The notes beneath the pieces were generated by a model that ran no database searches, had not been told where the DNA came from, and saw only the letters and a list, made by a program, of their open reading frames with translations. A DNA stretch of 64,000 nucleotides from an uncultured bacterium. Its GTDB lineage: Bacteria > Fidelibacterota > Marinisomatia > Marinisomatales > UBA1611. The translations under genes and the position numbers were made by a program. Shown here one piece after another: positions 47,838 through 57,975 of the stretch. The stretch covers positions 32,001 through 96,000 of the forward strand of contig CALSPG010000008.1 of assembly GCA_943788175.1 (NCBI GenBank), in the 5' to 3' direction. Within the stretch, counting starts at the first letter, position 1. Every line of letters begins with the position of its first letter.

Positions 47838-48359
47838 ATGAAAGTATTAGATTTAAAACAAGCTAAAATTTCGATATTTTTTTTATCAGTCCTATTAACT
47901 GCCAATCTTAATGCCTCTGAAACTAGATTCCCCAAAAATATTTCGGATATAAACGGAGATAAACTATCATTTTCAATCTTATCTAAAGATAAGATTGTTT
48001 GTTTAATTACAATCAAATCTATTACCTGCCCTATCTGCATTGAACAGCTAGAAAGAATTAAAACAAAAGTATTAGACTTTGAAAAATGTAATTTAACATT
48101 TCTTGTTCTAGCTCCAGGGCCTTTAAAGGGAATAAAGGCATTCGCAAAAAAAATGAAATTTCCCTTCCCTTTCATACAAGATAAAAACTTTTCTATCTCA
48201 AAAATATTTAGGTTGGCTAACCCTCCTTTTGAAATTATACCTGCTGTAATTTTATTTGAAAAAAATGGTTTTGTGAAATGGCGGCAATTAGGTCGAAGCT
48301 TTGATTATTTTAGTGATCAAGCACTTGAAGATTATCTTGATTGTGAAAATTGGATTTAA
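47838..48359 (+). CDS. Peroxiredoxin-like/AhpC-TSA family redoxin, probably exported
   Basis: TCPICIEQL (CxxC), FPF..D, PA.IL....G. Confidence 0.8.
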   Translation: MKVLDLKQAKISIFFLSVLLTANLNASETRFPKNISDINGDKLSFSILSKDKIVCLITIKSITCPICIEQLERIKTKVLDFEKCNLTFLVLAPGPLKGIKAFAKKMKFPFPFIQDKNFSISKIFRLANPPFEIIPAVILFEKNGFVKWRQLGRSFDYFSDQALEDYLDCENWI

Positions 48360-48447
48360 AAAATATTTACTAAGTGTAATTTGTATCATGACTTGGTACG
48401 ATTAAGTTTGAGTTATATAGTTCTTCAAAATAAAAAAACTGATTTTT

Positions 48448-49053
48448 ATGTTTGATAGTGATGTAATAAAACAAGGCATTAAAAACAAATCTATCCTTAA
48501 TGTTATGAGAGATATAGACAGAGGTAACTTTGTCCCAAAGGAATATTCTGATGTAGCTTATGACGATTGTGCCATTCCTTTAGGTGAAAACCAAACAATC
48601 AGTCAGCCGTTTATCATTGCATTTATGACTGAAAATTTAGAATTAAAACCAATGCATAAAGTACTTGAGATTGGAACGGGGTCAGGTTTCCAAACTGCGG
48701 TATTAAGTAAACTTGCAGATTTAGTAGTGTCTGTAGAAATAAATGAAGTATTAGCAAAAAAAGCTTTAATTAGATTAAATCAGTTAGGTTACTCAAATAT
48801 ATCTTTACATCACGGTGATGGTATTAAGGGTATTCCTAAATATGCTCCATATGATAGGATTTTAGTATCAGCGGCTTCCAGTGAAATCCCAAAAAAATTA
48901 TTTGATCAATTATCAACTAATGGTCAGATGATTATACCGATTGGAAAACAATCAGAGGTGCAGTATTTATGGTTGATTAAAAAAATGAAAGATGGCCAAA
49001 TGAAAAAAGAGAAAATTCTTCCTGTGCACTTTGTTTCGATTATAAAAGGTTAG
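48448..49053 (+). CDS. pcm: Protein-L-isoaspartate O-methyltransferase
   Basis: QTISQP, VLEIGTGSG, APYDRI.V.AA. Confidence 0.92.
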   Translation: MFDSDVIKQGIKNKSILNVMRDIDRGNFVPKEYSDVAYDDCAIPLGENQTISQPFIIAFMTENLELKPMHKVLEIGTGSGFQTAVLSKLADLVVSVEINEVLAKKALIRLNQLGYSNISLHHGDGIKGIPKYAPYDRILVSAASSEIPKKLFDQLSTNGQMIIPIGKQSEVQYLWLIKKMKDGQMKKEKILPVHFVSIIKG

Positions 49054-49557
49054 ATGCTTCAAAAAATTATTATAACGTTTTTATTGTTTTCTTGCTCTTA
49101 TGGACAATTAATATGGCATGAAGGGAATCTAAAAAAAGTTGAGGAAGTATCTTTAGACATAGTTGTTAATGGCCAGGATGACCCTATATGGAAAGAAAAA
49201 TTAACACAGATTGCGTTGTTATTTTTAGAAGGTTATAAACTGAAGATAGACCCCAAAGTTTTTTCTCCTTCAATGATTATTCAAATTAGTTTAATGAAAT
49301 CAAAAGATTTAAATCGCTACTCATACCAAGTCGAGCTGTCAGTTTTTGATTTATTTTTAACTAAAGAAATATATTTAAAAAACATCTCAAAAAAGAAAGT
49401 TTTAAAAAAGTTCAAAAAAGGAATTATTTATCAGCAAAATTTAATGGGGCATTCTTCTGATAAAAAAATCATCCAAGATATAGAGGATTCGTTAGTAAAA
49501 ATTTTAGATATGTTTATAAATAGCTGGTATCAAGATAACCCCATGAAACAGTTTTAA
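49054..49557 (+). CDS. Hypothetical exported protein
   Basis: 167-aa ORF with signal peptide. Confidence 0.7.
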   Translation: MLQKIIITFLLFSCSYGQLIWHEGNLKKVEEVSLDIVVNGQDDPIWKEKLTQIALLFLEGYKLKIDPKVFSPSMIIQISLMKSKDLNRYSYQVELSVFDLFLTKEIYLKNISKKKVLKKFKKGIIYQQNLMGHSSDKKIIQDIEDSLVKILDMFINSWYQDNPMKQF

Positions 49558-49628
49558 TTCTATGATTTGTTTCTACCCTTATTTGACATTTCCTTTCTTC
49601 AGTGTAAATTTATTAGTTTTATTAAAAA

Positions 49629-51155
49629 ATGAATTATATCAACAAAATATTAATTGTCGCTACTAATTGTGGCTTATTTATTGCATTTTGGTTTTTATTG
49701 ACGGTAGATGCATCAGCTGCAGAAAGAATTGATTGGCAAGGTGGTGGTACAAAAACTGGAAAGCGATTAGCTGTTCTAGATTTTTCATCTGAAGGTATTT
49801 CTCTACCTATGCGAGATCTCTTAACCGAACAATTTCGACAAAACATTAAAAAACTAAATATTTATGAGGTTCTTGATGCTAGTATGACAAATCAGGTTGA
49901 TATTTTTTATCCAGGGGAAAGGGTCTATGGCGAATGTAAATCTAAAGCATGCATTTTAGAATTAGGTAAGATATTAAAAGTCAATTTTGTAGTGGCAGGT
50001 ACGATTATAGAAAAAGAAAAAGAATATTTTGTTAAAGGAAAAATGTATTCTATTGATTTAGAGCAGGAGGTTCAAGGGTTTTCAATTGATAATGTTAGTG
50101 CAATTGATAGTATTCGGCTTGAAATGAAAAAATTATCATACAATGTTAGTGGGTTGGAGGTGCCTGATACTCTAACAATCGAAGCATCTTCTGAAACATT
50201 AGGCTATTTAAAACCAAAAAAAGAAAAGCAGAAAACTCCTTGGCTTAGATTACCAAAAATCCCCAAAAAAGTTAGGTCCTTAGTTTATTCTACGTTTGTA
50301 CCAGGAGCAGGACAGGTATATTCAAAACGTTCTTATACAGGAATGGGCTTTTTTGGTACTGAAATTATAATCGGCGGGCTGGCACTACTTGCCCACTCAA
50401 ATTATCAAAAATCTTGGGGAGGATTTGAAGAAAAATATACAAATTATCAAAGTGAAAACGATCCCGGTAAGCTAATTGAGCTTAGACCCGATATAATTCG
50501 TTATGCTAGTGATACAAAAAAGCATAATAACTTTTTGAAGGGATTAAGAATTTTAGGTACATCTATTTGGGGCATAAATATGCTGCATGCTTATATCGTC
50601 GCTCCTGATGAGATATTTGTCAATGCTGGTAATTTTGGGTCTGTTGTTGATTCAAAATCAAAACCTAGAATGACTACATGGGATTTGCTATCAGGCTTTG
50701 GTCTAAGAGGCTCAATCATTAGGCCAATTTTTAAAGGAAATTCTTTATCTGCTTATTCTCCGTACACTGACGGGGGGTTTTTAATTACTACACCAATAGG
50801 TCTTTATTTTGGTTCTGTTTTTACATCATTGACTTATGAAGTTTCTAATTATTCATTTACATCCTCAACCTTTGATGATGAATACGAAGGGTCTAGTAAT
50901 ACGGTAGCGCTTAATTTTGATTTAACTGAAAAAATATCTTTTGGTGGAAAGAGCCTTAGAAAATATTCTTTTTTAGGCAGGTCTTTTTATGATGATGGTA
51001 AAGGTTATGTACTTGGTGGTGATCTGATCTATGATATAAGTACGTTCCCATTATCATTTGCGCTTTCAAGCAGAGCCAATTTGGTTAACACATCTTCATT
51101 AGGTAGTACAATGTGGGTTTCATTAGGAGTTAATGTCGGTGTTAAAATCCCATAA
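49629..51155 (+). CDS. Exported multi-domain protein (CsgG/TolB-N-like domain, DUF5683-like segment, C-terminal beta-rich region)
   Basis: LAVLDF...C...C..ELGK.L.V..VV.GTI; S..VPGAGQ.Y; C-terminal amphipathic strands. Confidence 0.7.
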   Translation: MNYINKILIVATNCGLFIAFWFLLTVDASAAERIDWQGGGTKTGKRLAVLDFSSEGISLPMRDLLTEQFRQNIKKLNIYEVLDASMTNQVDIFYPGERVYGECKSKACILELGKILKVNFVVAGTIIEKEKEYFVKGKMYSIDLEQEVQGFSIDNVSAIDSIRLEMKKLSYNVSGLEVPDTLTIEASSETLGYLKPKKEKQKTPWLRLPKIPKKVRSLVYSTFVPGAGQVYSKRSYTGMGFFGTEIIIGGLALLAHSNYQKSWGGFEEKYTNYQSENDPGKLIELRPDIIRYASDTKKHNNFLKGLRILGTSIWGINMLHAYIVAPDEIFVNAGNFGSVVDSKSKPRMTTWDLLSGFGLRGSIIRPIFKGNSLSAYSPYTDGGFLITTPIGLYFGSVFTSLTYEVSNYSFTSSTFDDEYEGSSNTVALNFDLTEKISFGGKSLRKYSFLGRSFYDDGKGYVLGGDLIYDISTFPLSFALSSRANLVNTSSLGSTMWVSLGVNVGVKIP

Positions 51156-51684
51156 AAATTTATTATATTTTATATTTGTACTTATTTTTTTGTACTCCTG
51201 CGATGATGCTAATTATGCGCTTGACAATGAATTTGACCCAGAAAACCTTGGTTTAAATTCGCCAACAATATTTTTCCACCCTCCTGAATTTGAATCCATT
51301 AAAGTTGGCGAAAGCGATACGCTTGAACTTTATTGTTATAAGGTCCAGAATGCTGCCGGCGCTCATTTGCAAATTGAGTTTGATTCTGAGATAATTCAGA
51401 TCGATACTGTTAAGTATGGTGATTTTTTTATGAATGGTGTTAATAATCCCATTATGTTCACAGATCAAGAGGATGGCTTTTTAAACGTTTATCTATTTTT
51501 ACAGCCAACCACAGTTGCAAGTAATTCAAGTGGCACCATGTCTATGGCTAAAATATTATTTACTGTAAAAGATGAAGGCTTAGCGCCAATAAGGTATACA
51601 AATAATACTGTACTTAGAAATGAAAACAATACTTCGATTTTTCTAAATAGCTACGGTGAAGGCTTAATCAATGCCGTTCAATAA
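51133..51684 (+). CDS. Lipoprotein with cohesin-like domain
   Basis: Lipobox-like LYSC; GAHLQIEFDSEII.I..V..GDF, SGT..MAKI.F.V...G. Confidence 0.7.
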   Translation: MSVLKSHKNLLYFIFVLIFLYSCDDANYALDNEFDPENLGLNSPTIFFHPPEFESIKVGESDTLELYCYKVQNAAGAHLQIEFDSEIIQIDTVKYGDFFMNGVNNPIMFTDQEDGFLNVYLFLQPTTVASNSSGTMSMAKILFTVKDEGLAPIRYTNNTVLRNENNTSIFLNSYGEGLINAVQ

Positions 51685-54600
51685 AATAACAGCATTATTA
51701 ATTATTTTAAGTTTTTCAGTACCCGCGACCATAAATGCCCAATGTGAAGATGATGTTAATCTAACAATATCAGTAGATGATTTCCCTATTGAGCTTTCTG
51801 GGTCAACAACAGCAAGCGGAGATGATTTTGTAGTTTACAGCTCAGGAACCACAGACATATTAGCAGGGTACCTTACAAATGATGTGATATATAAATTTTC
51901 TATTGGATTTTCTGATGAAGATGGTGATGGAGAGAATGATGAGGGTATAAACTTATTTGCCGATATGTGTAGAAGTGGGGTGAATTTTGATGCTTCGATT
52001 GCAATAGTTAAAGCGGATGGTATAGATTGTAAAAACATTGATGAAAATGAATTAATTGCTAGCGAAATTTTTTCTTACGAATTAATTGATTCAGGTGTAT
52101 TATGCCCTAGCGCTGTAGATTTTAGTCCTCCTGATTATTTACCAATAGCTAGAGAGATATATTTGGATGAACAAGGAGATTATTACATAGTGGTAGATGG
52201 CCATAATGTTGGTAATACAGGTGATTTTAATATTGTCATTGGTGAAATGTCTCACTTTTCTGATTATAAAAATCTGCATCCTCAAAATTTGTTTGTTGAT
52301 ATCGATTTTTCAAATGAAGTATATGGTGTAAATGATGGAGAGGTTTGGAGTATTGGTTCTATTTTAAATGGTGAAGATTATTTTGAAATTAGAGATGAAA
52401 ATGGTTTTAATGTTGGGCTAGGTGAATTACTCAATGAAAACGGTGGCTTATTGCAACAGAATACTGGTTATAGTACAATTAGATTTCCATTAATTAATCC
52501 GCCGAATTATGGTTCCTATATCTATGTAACTGTAAAAGATCATATTTTTGCAACGCGTGATGAAAATGGAGAAATCCTTTCTCAAATTACTGCACCTCAT
52601 TTAATAAACAGTGAAAGCATTCCATTTACTATTGGCGATACCATTTATATTGAATTATATGATATTATCCCCCCTAGAATAACAATTGAGGGTATAAGTG
52701 TTGAATCTGATCCTATGATTGTTGATCCGAATGAAAATATAATTATTTATTCATCTGAAGAACTTTTTAAAAATCAAGATGAGGTGTCTGCAGCGAATCT
52801 ATCGGACTATATCTCGCTTTCATTTCTTGAAAGTGGAGCCCCTTTAGGTTTTAGCATCGATGTTAGTGATGATTTGCGAGTAATTCAGATTGATCCAGAT
52901 GATTCTTTTGTTGACTCGCAATGGGAAGATATTCAAATAACTATATTAAACCAAAATGCTAGCGGTGTTTCTTTAAATGATGAATCGGGCAATCAGATAA
53001 CTGCTAAATCATCGAATATTCGAATAAATGATATTGTAAACCCATTATTTACTAGCGCCGTAATTGACAGCAATTCAAATACACTAGTAATTATATCTAT
53101 GAATGAAGAAATATATAAAGATTACGCAGACCTGGTCGCTTCTGGAGGGTTAAACACCGGTCACTTTGATTTAGCTATTTCAAGCAATGATTTAAATAAT
53201 GTCCAAACTGTATTGGTAGAAAATGTTATTAAGGTTGATAGTTTTGAACCAGTTGTAGGGGGAGAGACTAGTCTTAGATTGCAGTTAATTTTAGATCCAC
53301 CTAATGCTTCAGGTACTGAAGTAGTTACAATATCTACCACTTTTTTACCAATAAGGGATCGCGCTGGGAATCAAGTTTTGAATCAAGTAACCTTTAATTT
53401 AAAAGATGAATTAGCACCAACATTATTGCAAGTATCTCCTGACCCTGATAACGCTATATTACCCAGTAGTAATATAATTTTACTATTTAGTGAAACTGTA
53501 AAAAGTTATAACGAAACCGATTTAAGTATAAATGATTTAAATGATAGTGAATTTAAAAAAATTGTACATTTAATTAATCAAAATGGCGATACCTTAGATT
53601 ATCAAACTGAATTTAATATTGATACAACCTCAATTACTTTGGATCCAGATATTCTATTTACTGAATTAGAAATATTTACACTTTCTATTAATAGCTCAAC
53701 TTTATGTGATAGTGACACAAATTTCACTGTGGCTTATAATTTTGAGTATGAGGTCGCGGATGTTTCTCCACCTAGTTTTATTGAAGACTCTTTTGGTCGG
53801 GGCAATGATTATGTGTTGATTCAAATGAGCGAGAATGTTTTCAGTAATTCTGTTGCGACAGAGCCTCTTACTGTTCAAGACTTTAATCTTGAAGTGGATT
53901 ATGGCGATTTAAATGGTGCACAATCTATTTATCTCGAATCAGTAGCTGATACATCAGGAGGTAACCCAGCAATTGGTGAAACAATATTTCGGTTGAATTT
54001 AAAAGTTGTTGGCTCTGCAAATGGGACTGAAAGCATTTTGGTAAGACCAACTCCAAATGAAATTTATGATGCTGGGGGTAATATTATGAGCGCTACTGAA
54101 GTAACAGAACAATTTTATTTACTACCATCACCTATTTTCGGACAAAACAGTAGCCTTAGTTCAGATAATGGGTTCTTTAGATTGATATTCGAAAACGGTC
54201 CTGTTTTTTCAAATGAGTTATCTAATTCTGGCCTTGTCATTCAAGATTTTAAAGTATTGCTCACATCAAATGATGATACCATAAGTGAGGTGTTCCCACT
54301 CTATGTTGTTGATGAAAATAATAATTTGCTTGATAATGAAGGCGCAGACACAATAAAACTTGATGTTAGCCTTGATTTTATTCCAACTGGTGGTGAAATA
54401 ATTAGAATATTTCCTGAATCTTCAAATGCAATTTATAATGAAAATGGTGTTAACATGGATTCATCAGAATTTGCTGGGCCGTTTATTTTAAATGATCAAT
54501 TAAGACCATTTTATAGTTCAAATATCACGAATGAGAGTAATAATGTATCATATAACGATACATTAATTTTTAGCTTTAATGAACCTATTAGACTATTAAA

Positions 54601-56497
54601 TGGTCAGCCTCTAACTGATGATTCTGCTTTAGAAAGTTTTAAATTAATAGACGTATCTAGGTATGAAGATATAGTGGTTTCAACTCCTGACTCTACTATC
54701 ATAATCCCCCCAGACAGTGCTATTGATTATGTAACATACTATACAATAGTGAATGATCCATCGCCTGATAGTATTTGGGTTATAATGACCCAACCTTTTG
54801 GAAGTGAGCACATAATGTCTGTAATAATTGAAAATAACTTTGAGGATTTTTCAGGTAATCAAATTTTAGCAAGAGATACTATAACATTCACAACATCAGA
54901 TAATATTGCGCCTGATTTTATTTCTGGTTCAGCTAAAATTGATTCTAATTTGTATATGACTTTACAAAATAATCCATCTGAGGCATCCCGAAAAATTTGT
55001 GCAGTGCACTTTTCTATTGATGATAATGTATTTACAGATAACTCAGGGTTTAATTTTATAGCAGTTAATGATTTCAATGTTGAGGTATTTAAAAATAATG
55101 GTTTTGTTTCAAGTGCAAATATTGAAGAAATTGAGATTTTTGACCACTCTGAAGAAGGTAAAGACTCTATTAAGTTACAAATAAAATTTGATGAAGTGCC
55201 CTCTGGTAAAGAGCAATTTCTTATTCGACCAGCTAATAATTCAGCAATTTATGATTTAGGTCTAAATGCAATGAGTGTAGATAGCACTAGTGATACTCTT
55301 TTCACATATGATTTGCGATTTCCTACAATTGACTCCACTAATATTGAACATGAAGGGTTTGTTGACTTGATAATTGATTCAGTCATTTCAATATATTTTT
55401 CAGAGTCCATTGATGTTGAATCTTTTTCATATAATTTCACTTCAAAACGTGATACTCTAGGATTTGATCACGCCTATAGGCTTAATCCAGATACTTTATT
55501 TTTAATTCTAGATTCCACAATAATGTCTTACGATACTCTAGAACTTGAGGTTCTTAATATTAAAGATACCTCAGGTAATGTTAGAGATAGTTTATTAAGT
55601 AGACGTTTTTTTACAAAAGCGGCCGGTGATTTTAGTAATCCTCCTGATGACAGAGTTAGTTTAGAAGATTTGGCGCTTTTTATATCAAGTTGGAATTCAA
55701 ACGATTATTCTAAAAACCTTGGACCTTATATTGGAAGCCCTCCAAATATTAAAATAACACAAGATAGCCTTTTTGGAATTGATGATGGAATGGCTTTTAC
55801 TCAAATGTGGCTATGGTCATTAAAAAAATATGGACCAGTTGAGTTAGTTGATGAAATTTTAGTTCCTGACCAGTCCTCATTGATTCAGATTACTGAGGAA
55901 ACATTAAGCATTATTCCACAAAGAGAAACTAGGTATGGCCAAATAATTTTTGATTATGGTCAAAATATAAATACTGTTACGGCAATTGATAATTTTCAAA
56001 TTAATAATAATGGTACTATGCTAAAAAGTATCAATGATTTTGAGGGTCTTGGCGTTATCGAATTTGCTACTTCTAATAAATTGACTACATCGTTGGGTTT
56101 TGATTTTAAAAAAAGTCATAATGAAGATTTAGATGTGCGTATTCGTTATACATTTTTTGATGACAATTTTAATATTATTGAATCTAAAGATAGTGTCATA
56201 AACCAAATCAAAATTCCTAGCGAGTTTTCATTAATGAAAAACTATCCAAACCCTTTTAACCCAAAAACGAATATTCAATTCTCGGTACCTGAACATTCTT
56301 TTGTGAAGTTATTTATCTATGATATAAACGGTAAGACCATTTCAAAAATTATAAATAGTGAATTAGAAATAGGACATTATAAGGTATCCTGGAATGGAAC
56401 AAATGAACTTGGTCGGAAAGTTGGTTCGGGCGTTTATATCTATCGTCTCCAAGCCAAAAATTTTACGAGTTCACAAAAAATGATTTTTATAAAGTAA
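51671..56497 (+). CDS. Very large secreted acidic protein with repeated Ig-like domains, dockerin/EF-hand-like segment and secretion C-terminal domain
   Basis: 1608 aa; repeated FSE/D.AGN modules; GDFSNPPDDRVSLEDLALF...DDGMAFTQMW; C-terminal NYPNPFNP...KMIFIK. Confidence 0.85.
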   Translation: MPFNKITALLIILSFSVPATINAQCEDDVNLTISVDDFPIELSGSTTASGDDFVVYSSGTTDILAGYLTNDVIYKFSIGFSDEDGDGENDEGINLFADMCRSGVNFDASIAIVKADGIDCKNIDENELIASEIFSYELIDSGVLCPSAVDFSPPDYLPIAREIYLDEQGDYYIVVDGHNVGNTGDFNIVIGEMSHFSDYKNLHPQNLFVDIDFSNEVYGVNDGEVWSIGSILNGEDYFEIRDENGFNVGLGELLNENGGLLQQNTGYSTIRFPLINPPNYGSYIYVTVKDHIFATRDENGEILSQITAPHLINSESIPFTIGDTIYIELYDIIPPRITIEGISVESDPMIVDPNENIIIYSSEELFKNQDEVSAANLSDYISLSFLESGAPLGFSIDVSDDLRVIQIDPDDSFVDSQWEDIQITILNQNASGVSLNDESGNQITAKSSNIRINDIVNPLFTSAVIDSNSNTLVIISMNEEIYKDYADLVASGGLNTGHFDLAISSNDLNNVQTVLVENVIKVDSFEPVVGGETSLRLQLILDPPNASGTEVVTISTTFLPIRDRAGNQVLNQVTFNLKDELAPTLLQVSPDPDNAILPSSNIILLFSETVKSYNETDLSINDLNDSEFKKIVHLINQNGDTLDYQTEFNIDTTSITLDPDILFTELEIFTLSINSSTLCDSDTNFTVAYNFEYEVADVSPPSFIEDSFGRGNDYVLIQMSENVFSNSVATEPLTVQDFNLEVDYGDLNGAQSIYLESVADTSGGNPAIGETIFRLNLKVVGSANGTESILVRPTPNEIYDAGGNIMSATEVTEQFYLLPSPIFGQNSSLSSDNGFFRLIFENGPVFSNELSNSGLVIQDFKVLLTSNDDTISEVFPLYVVDENNNLLDNEGADTIKLDVSLDFIPTGGEIIRIFPESSNAIYNENGVNMDSSEFAGPFILNDQLRPFYSSNITNESNNVSYNDTLIFSFNEPIRLLNGQPLTDDSALESFKLIDVSRYEDIVVSTPDSTIIIPPDSAIDYVTYYTIVNDPSPDSIWVIMTQPFGSEHIMSVIIENNFEDFSGNQILARDTITFTTSDNIAPDFISGSAKIDSNLYMTLQNNPSEASRKICAVHFSIDDNVFTDNSGFNFIAVNDFNVEVFKNNGFVSSANIEEIEIFDHSEEGKDSIKLQIKFDEVPSGKEQFLIRPANNSAIYDLGLNAMSVDSTSDTLFTYDLRFPTIDSTNIEHEGFVDLIIDSVISIYFSESIDVESFSYNFTSKRDTLGFDHAYRLNPDTLFLILDSTIMSYDTLELEVLNIKDTSGNVRDSLLSRRFFTKAAGDFSNPPDDRVSLEDLALFISSWNSNDYSKNLGPYIGSPPNIKITQDSLFGIDDGMAFTQMWLWSLKKYGPVELVDEILVPDQSSLIQITEETLSIIPQRETRYGQIIFDYGQNINTVTAIDNFQINNNGTMLKSINDFEGLGVIEFATSNKLTTSLGFDFKKSHNEDLDVRIRYTFFDDNFNIIESKDSVINQIKIPSEFSLMKNYPNPFNPKTNIQFSVPEHSFVKLFIYDINGKTISKIINSELEIGHYKVSWNGTNELGRKVGSGVYIYRLQAKNFTSSQKMIFIK

Positions 56498-56498
56498 T

Positions 56499-56518
56499 GT
56501 TTAACTGACCAGTTAAAC
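56499..56518. promoter_or_regulatory. Palindromic operator candidate upstream of MATE pump
   Basis: GTTTAACTG-AC-CAGTTAAAC. Confidence 0.55.
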
Positions 56519-56568
56519 TAAGATTTAATAGTATAGTAAGTTAATCACAGGAGGAACGTAAGTTTTCC

Positions 56569-57963
56569 TTGATGCAAGAACAAACAAAGTCTAAGTCCCG
56601 CTTAAAAGTATTTTTAGAAAACCCTTCTAAAGCTTTATGGTCTTTAGCAGTACCTATTATGTTTGGTATGGGCATACAAACATTATATAACCTAGTTGAT
56701 ATGATATTTATCGGAAGATTAGGTGGTCAAGCAATAACTGGGATAGCATTCAATATGCCTTTATTCTTTTTAGTTCTAGGCTTAACTATGGGACTAGGTA
56801 CAGGCGTCACAGCTGCTATTGCAAGATTCATAGGAGAGGATAATAAAAGGCAAGCTGATAATTGTGCAGAGCATGCCGTATTTATGGCAGCATTGATTAG
56901 TATTCTATTATCGTCTACTGGATTACTTTTTGGTAGAGAAATTTTATCATTATTTGGGGCAGAAGGTGAAATATTAAATTTAGGTTGGGAGTATCTTCAT
57001 GTGATGTGTATCGGTATGCCTTTCATGATATTTTCTGGTTTTTTTAGATCTATACTTTCTGGCGAGGGAGATATGAAATTTCCAATGATGGTGGCTGGTT
57101 TAGGTACGGTTTTAAATATTATTTTAGATCCAATTTTTATTTTTGAGTTGGATAGTTATGGTGGCTTTGGCTTCGGTTTAGGTATCGCTGGAGCTGCAAT
57201 GGCCACTGTTATAAGTCAAGTAGTAGTCTTTTTGGTTTTTATATTTATGCTATTCTTCAAAGACCATTCTTACATCTCTTTTAATCTTAATGATTTTAAG
57301 TTTTCAACAGATATTCTATGGGACATTATTAAAATAGGACTCCCTGCATCCTTATCGATGATTGTAATGGCCGTAGGACAAGGGGTCTTTAATAAGATCC
57401 TTGCCCATATATCAGTTGAAACTGTTGCAGCTTATCAAGTAGCAGGTAGATTAGACATGTTAGTGTTTCTACCAATTTTTTCAATTGCGGCATCTCTCAC
57501 CACATTAGTTGGAATGTTTTATGGTGCAAAAGAATATGAAGCTTTGAGATTTACAATTAGGTATGGAATTGTTTCAGCACTAATAATAACTATTTTTTCT
57601 TCAGCAATGGTTTATATTTTCGCTGATCAGGTAGTCAGGTTTTTTACTGAGGATGAATCAATAGTAATAATTGCTGTTAATTTTTTACAAATCTTTGCAT
57701 TTGCTTATCCATTTATTGCAGTAGGAATAACCACGGGAAGAGTATTGCAAGGATTAGGTAAAGGGTTGCCTGTTTTAATTATAACAATAGTAAGGGTACT
57801 TGGTATTTCCGCACCTCTATCATTGTTTTTTATTTTTATTATGGGAAAGTCCGTTGAATGGGTCTGGTACTCGATGTCGATCTCAACAGTTGTAGCGTTC
57901 GTTATTGGTCTTACATGGTTATTTTCTACTATCAAAAAACTACCAGTAAAAAATGAATTATAA
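56569..57963 (+). CDS. MATE family efflux transporter
   Basis: LA.P...Q.LYN.VD..FIG.LG, N.ILDP.FIF, G..GAA.AT; about 12 TM segments. Confidence 0.92.
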   Translation: MMQEQTKSKSRLKVFLENPSKALWSLAVPIMFGMGIQTLYNLVDMIFIGRLGGQAITGIAFNMPLFFLVLGLTMGLGTGVTAAIARFIGEDNKRQADNCAEHAVFMAALISILLSSTGLLFGREILSLFGAEGEILNLGWEYLHVMCIGMPFMIFSGFFRSILSGEGDMKFPMMVAGLGTVLNIILDPIFIFELDSYGGFGFGLGIAGAAMATVISQVVVFLVFIFMLFFKDHSYISFNLNDFKFSTDILWDIIKIGLPASLSMIVMAVGQGVFNKILAHISVETVAAYQVAGRLDMLVFLPIFSIAASLTTLVGMFYGAKEYEALRFTIRYGIVSALIITIFSSAMVYIFADQVVRFFTEDESIVIIAVNFLQIFAFAYPFIAVGITTGRVLQGLGKGLPVLIITIVRVLGISAPLSLFFIFIMGKSVEWVWYSMSISTVVAFVIGLTWLFSTIKKLPVKNEL

Positions 57964-57975
57964 ATAAATTCAGAT

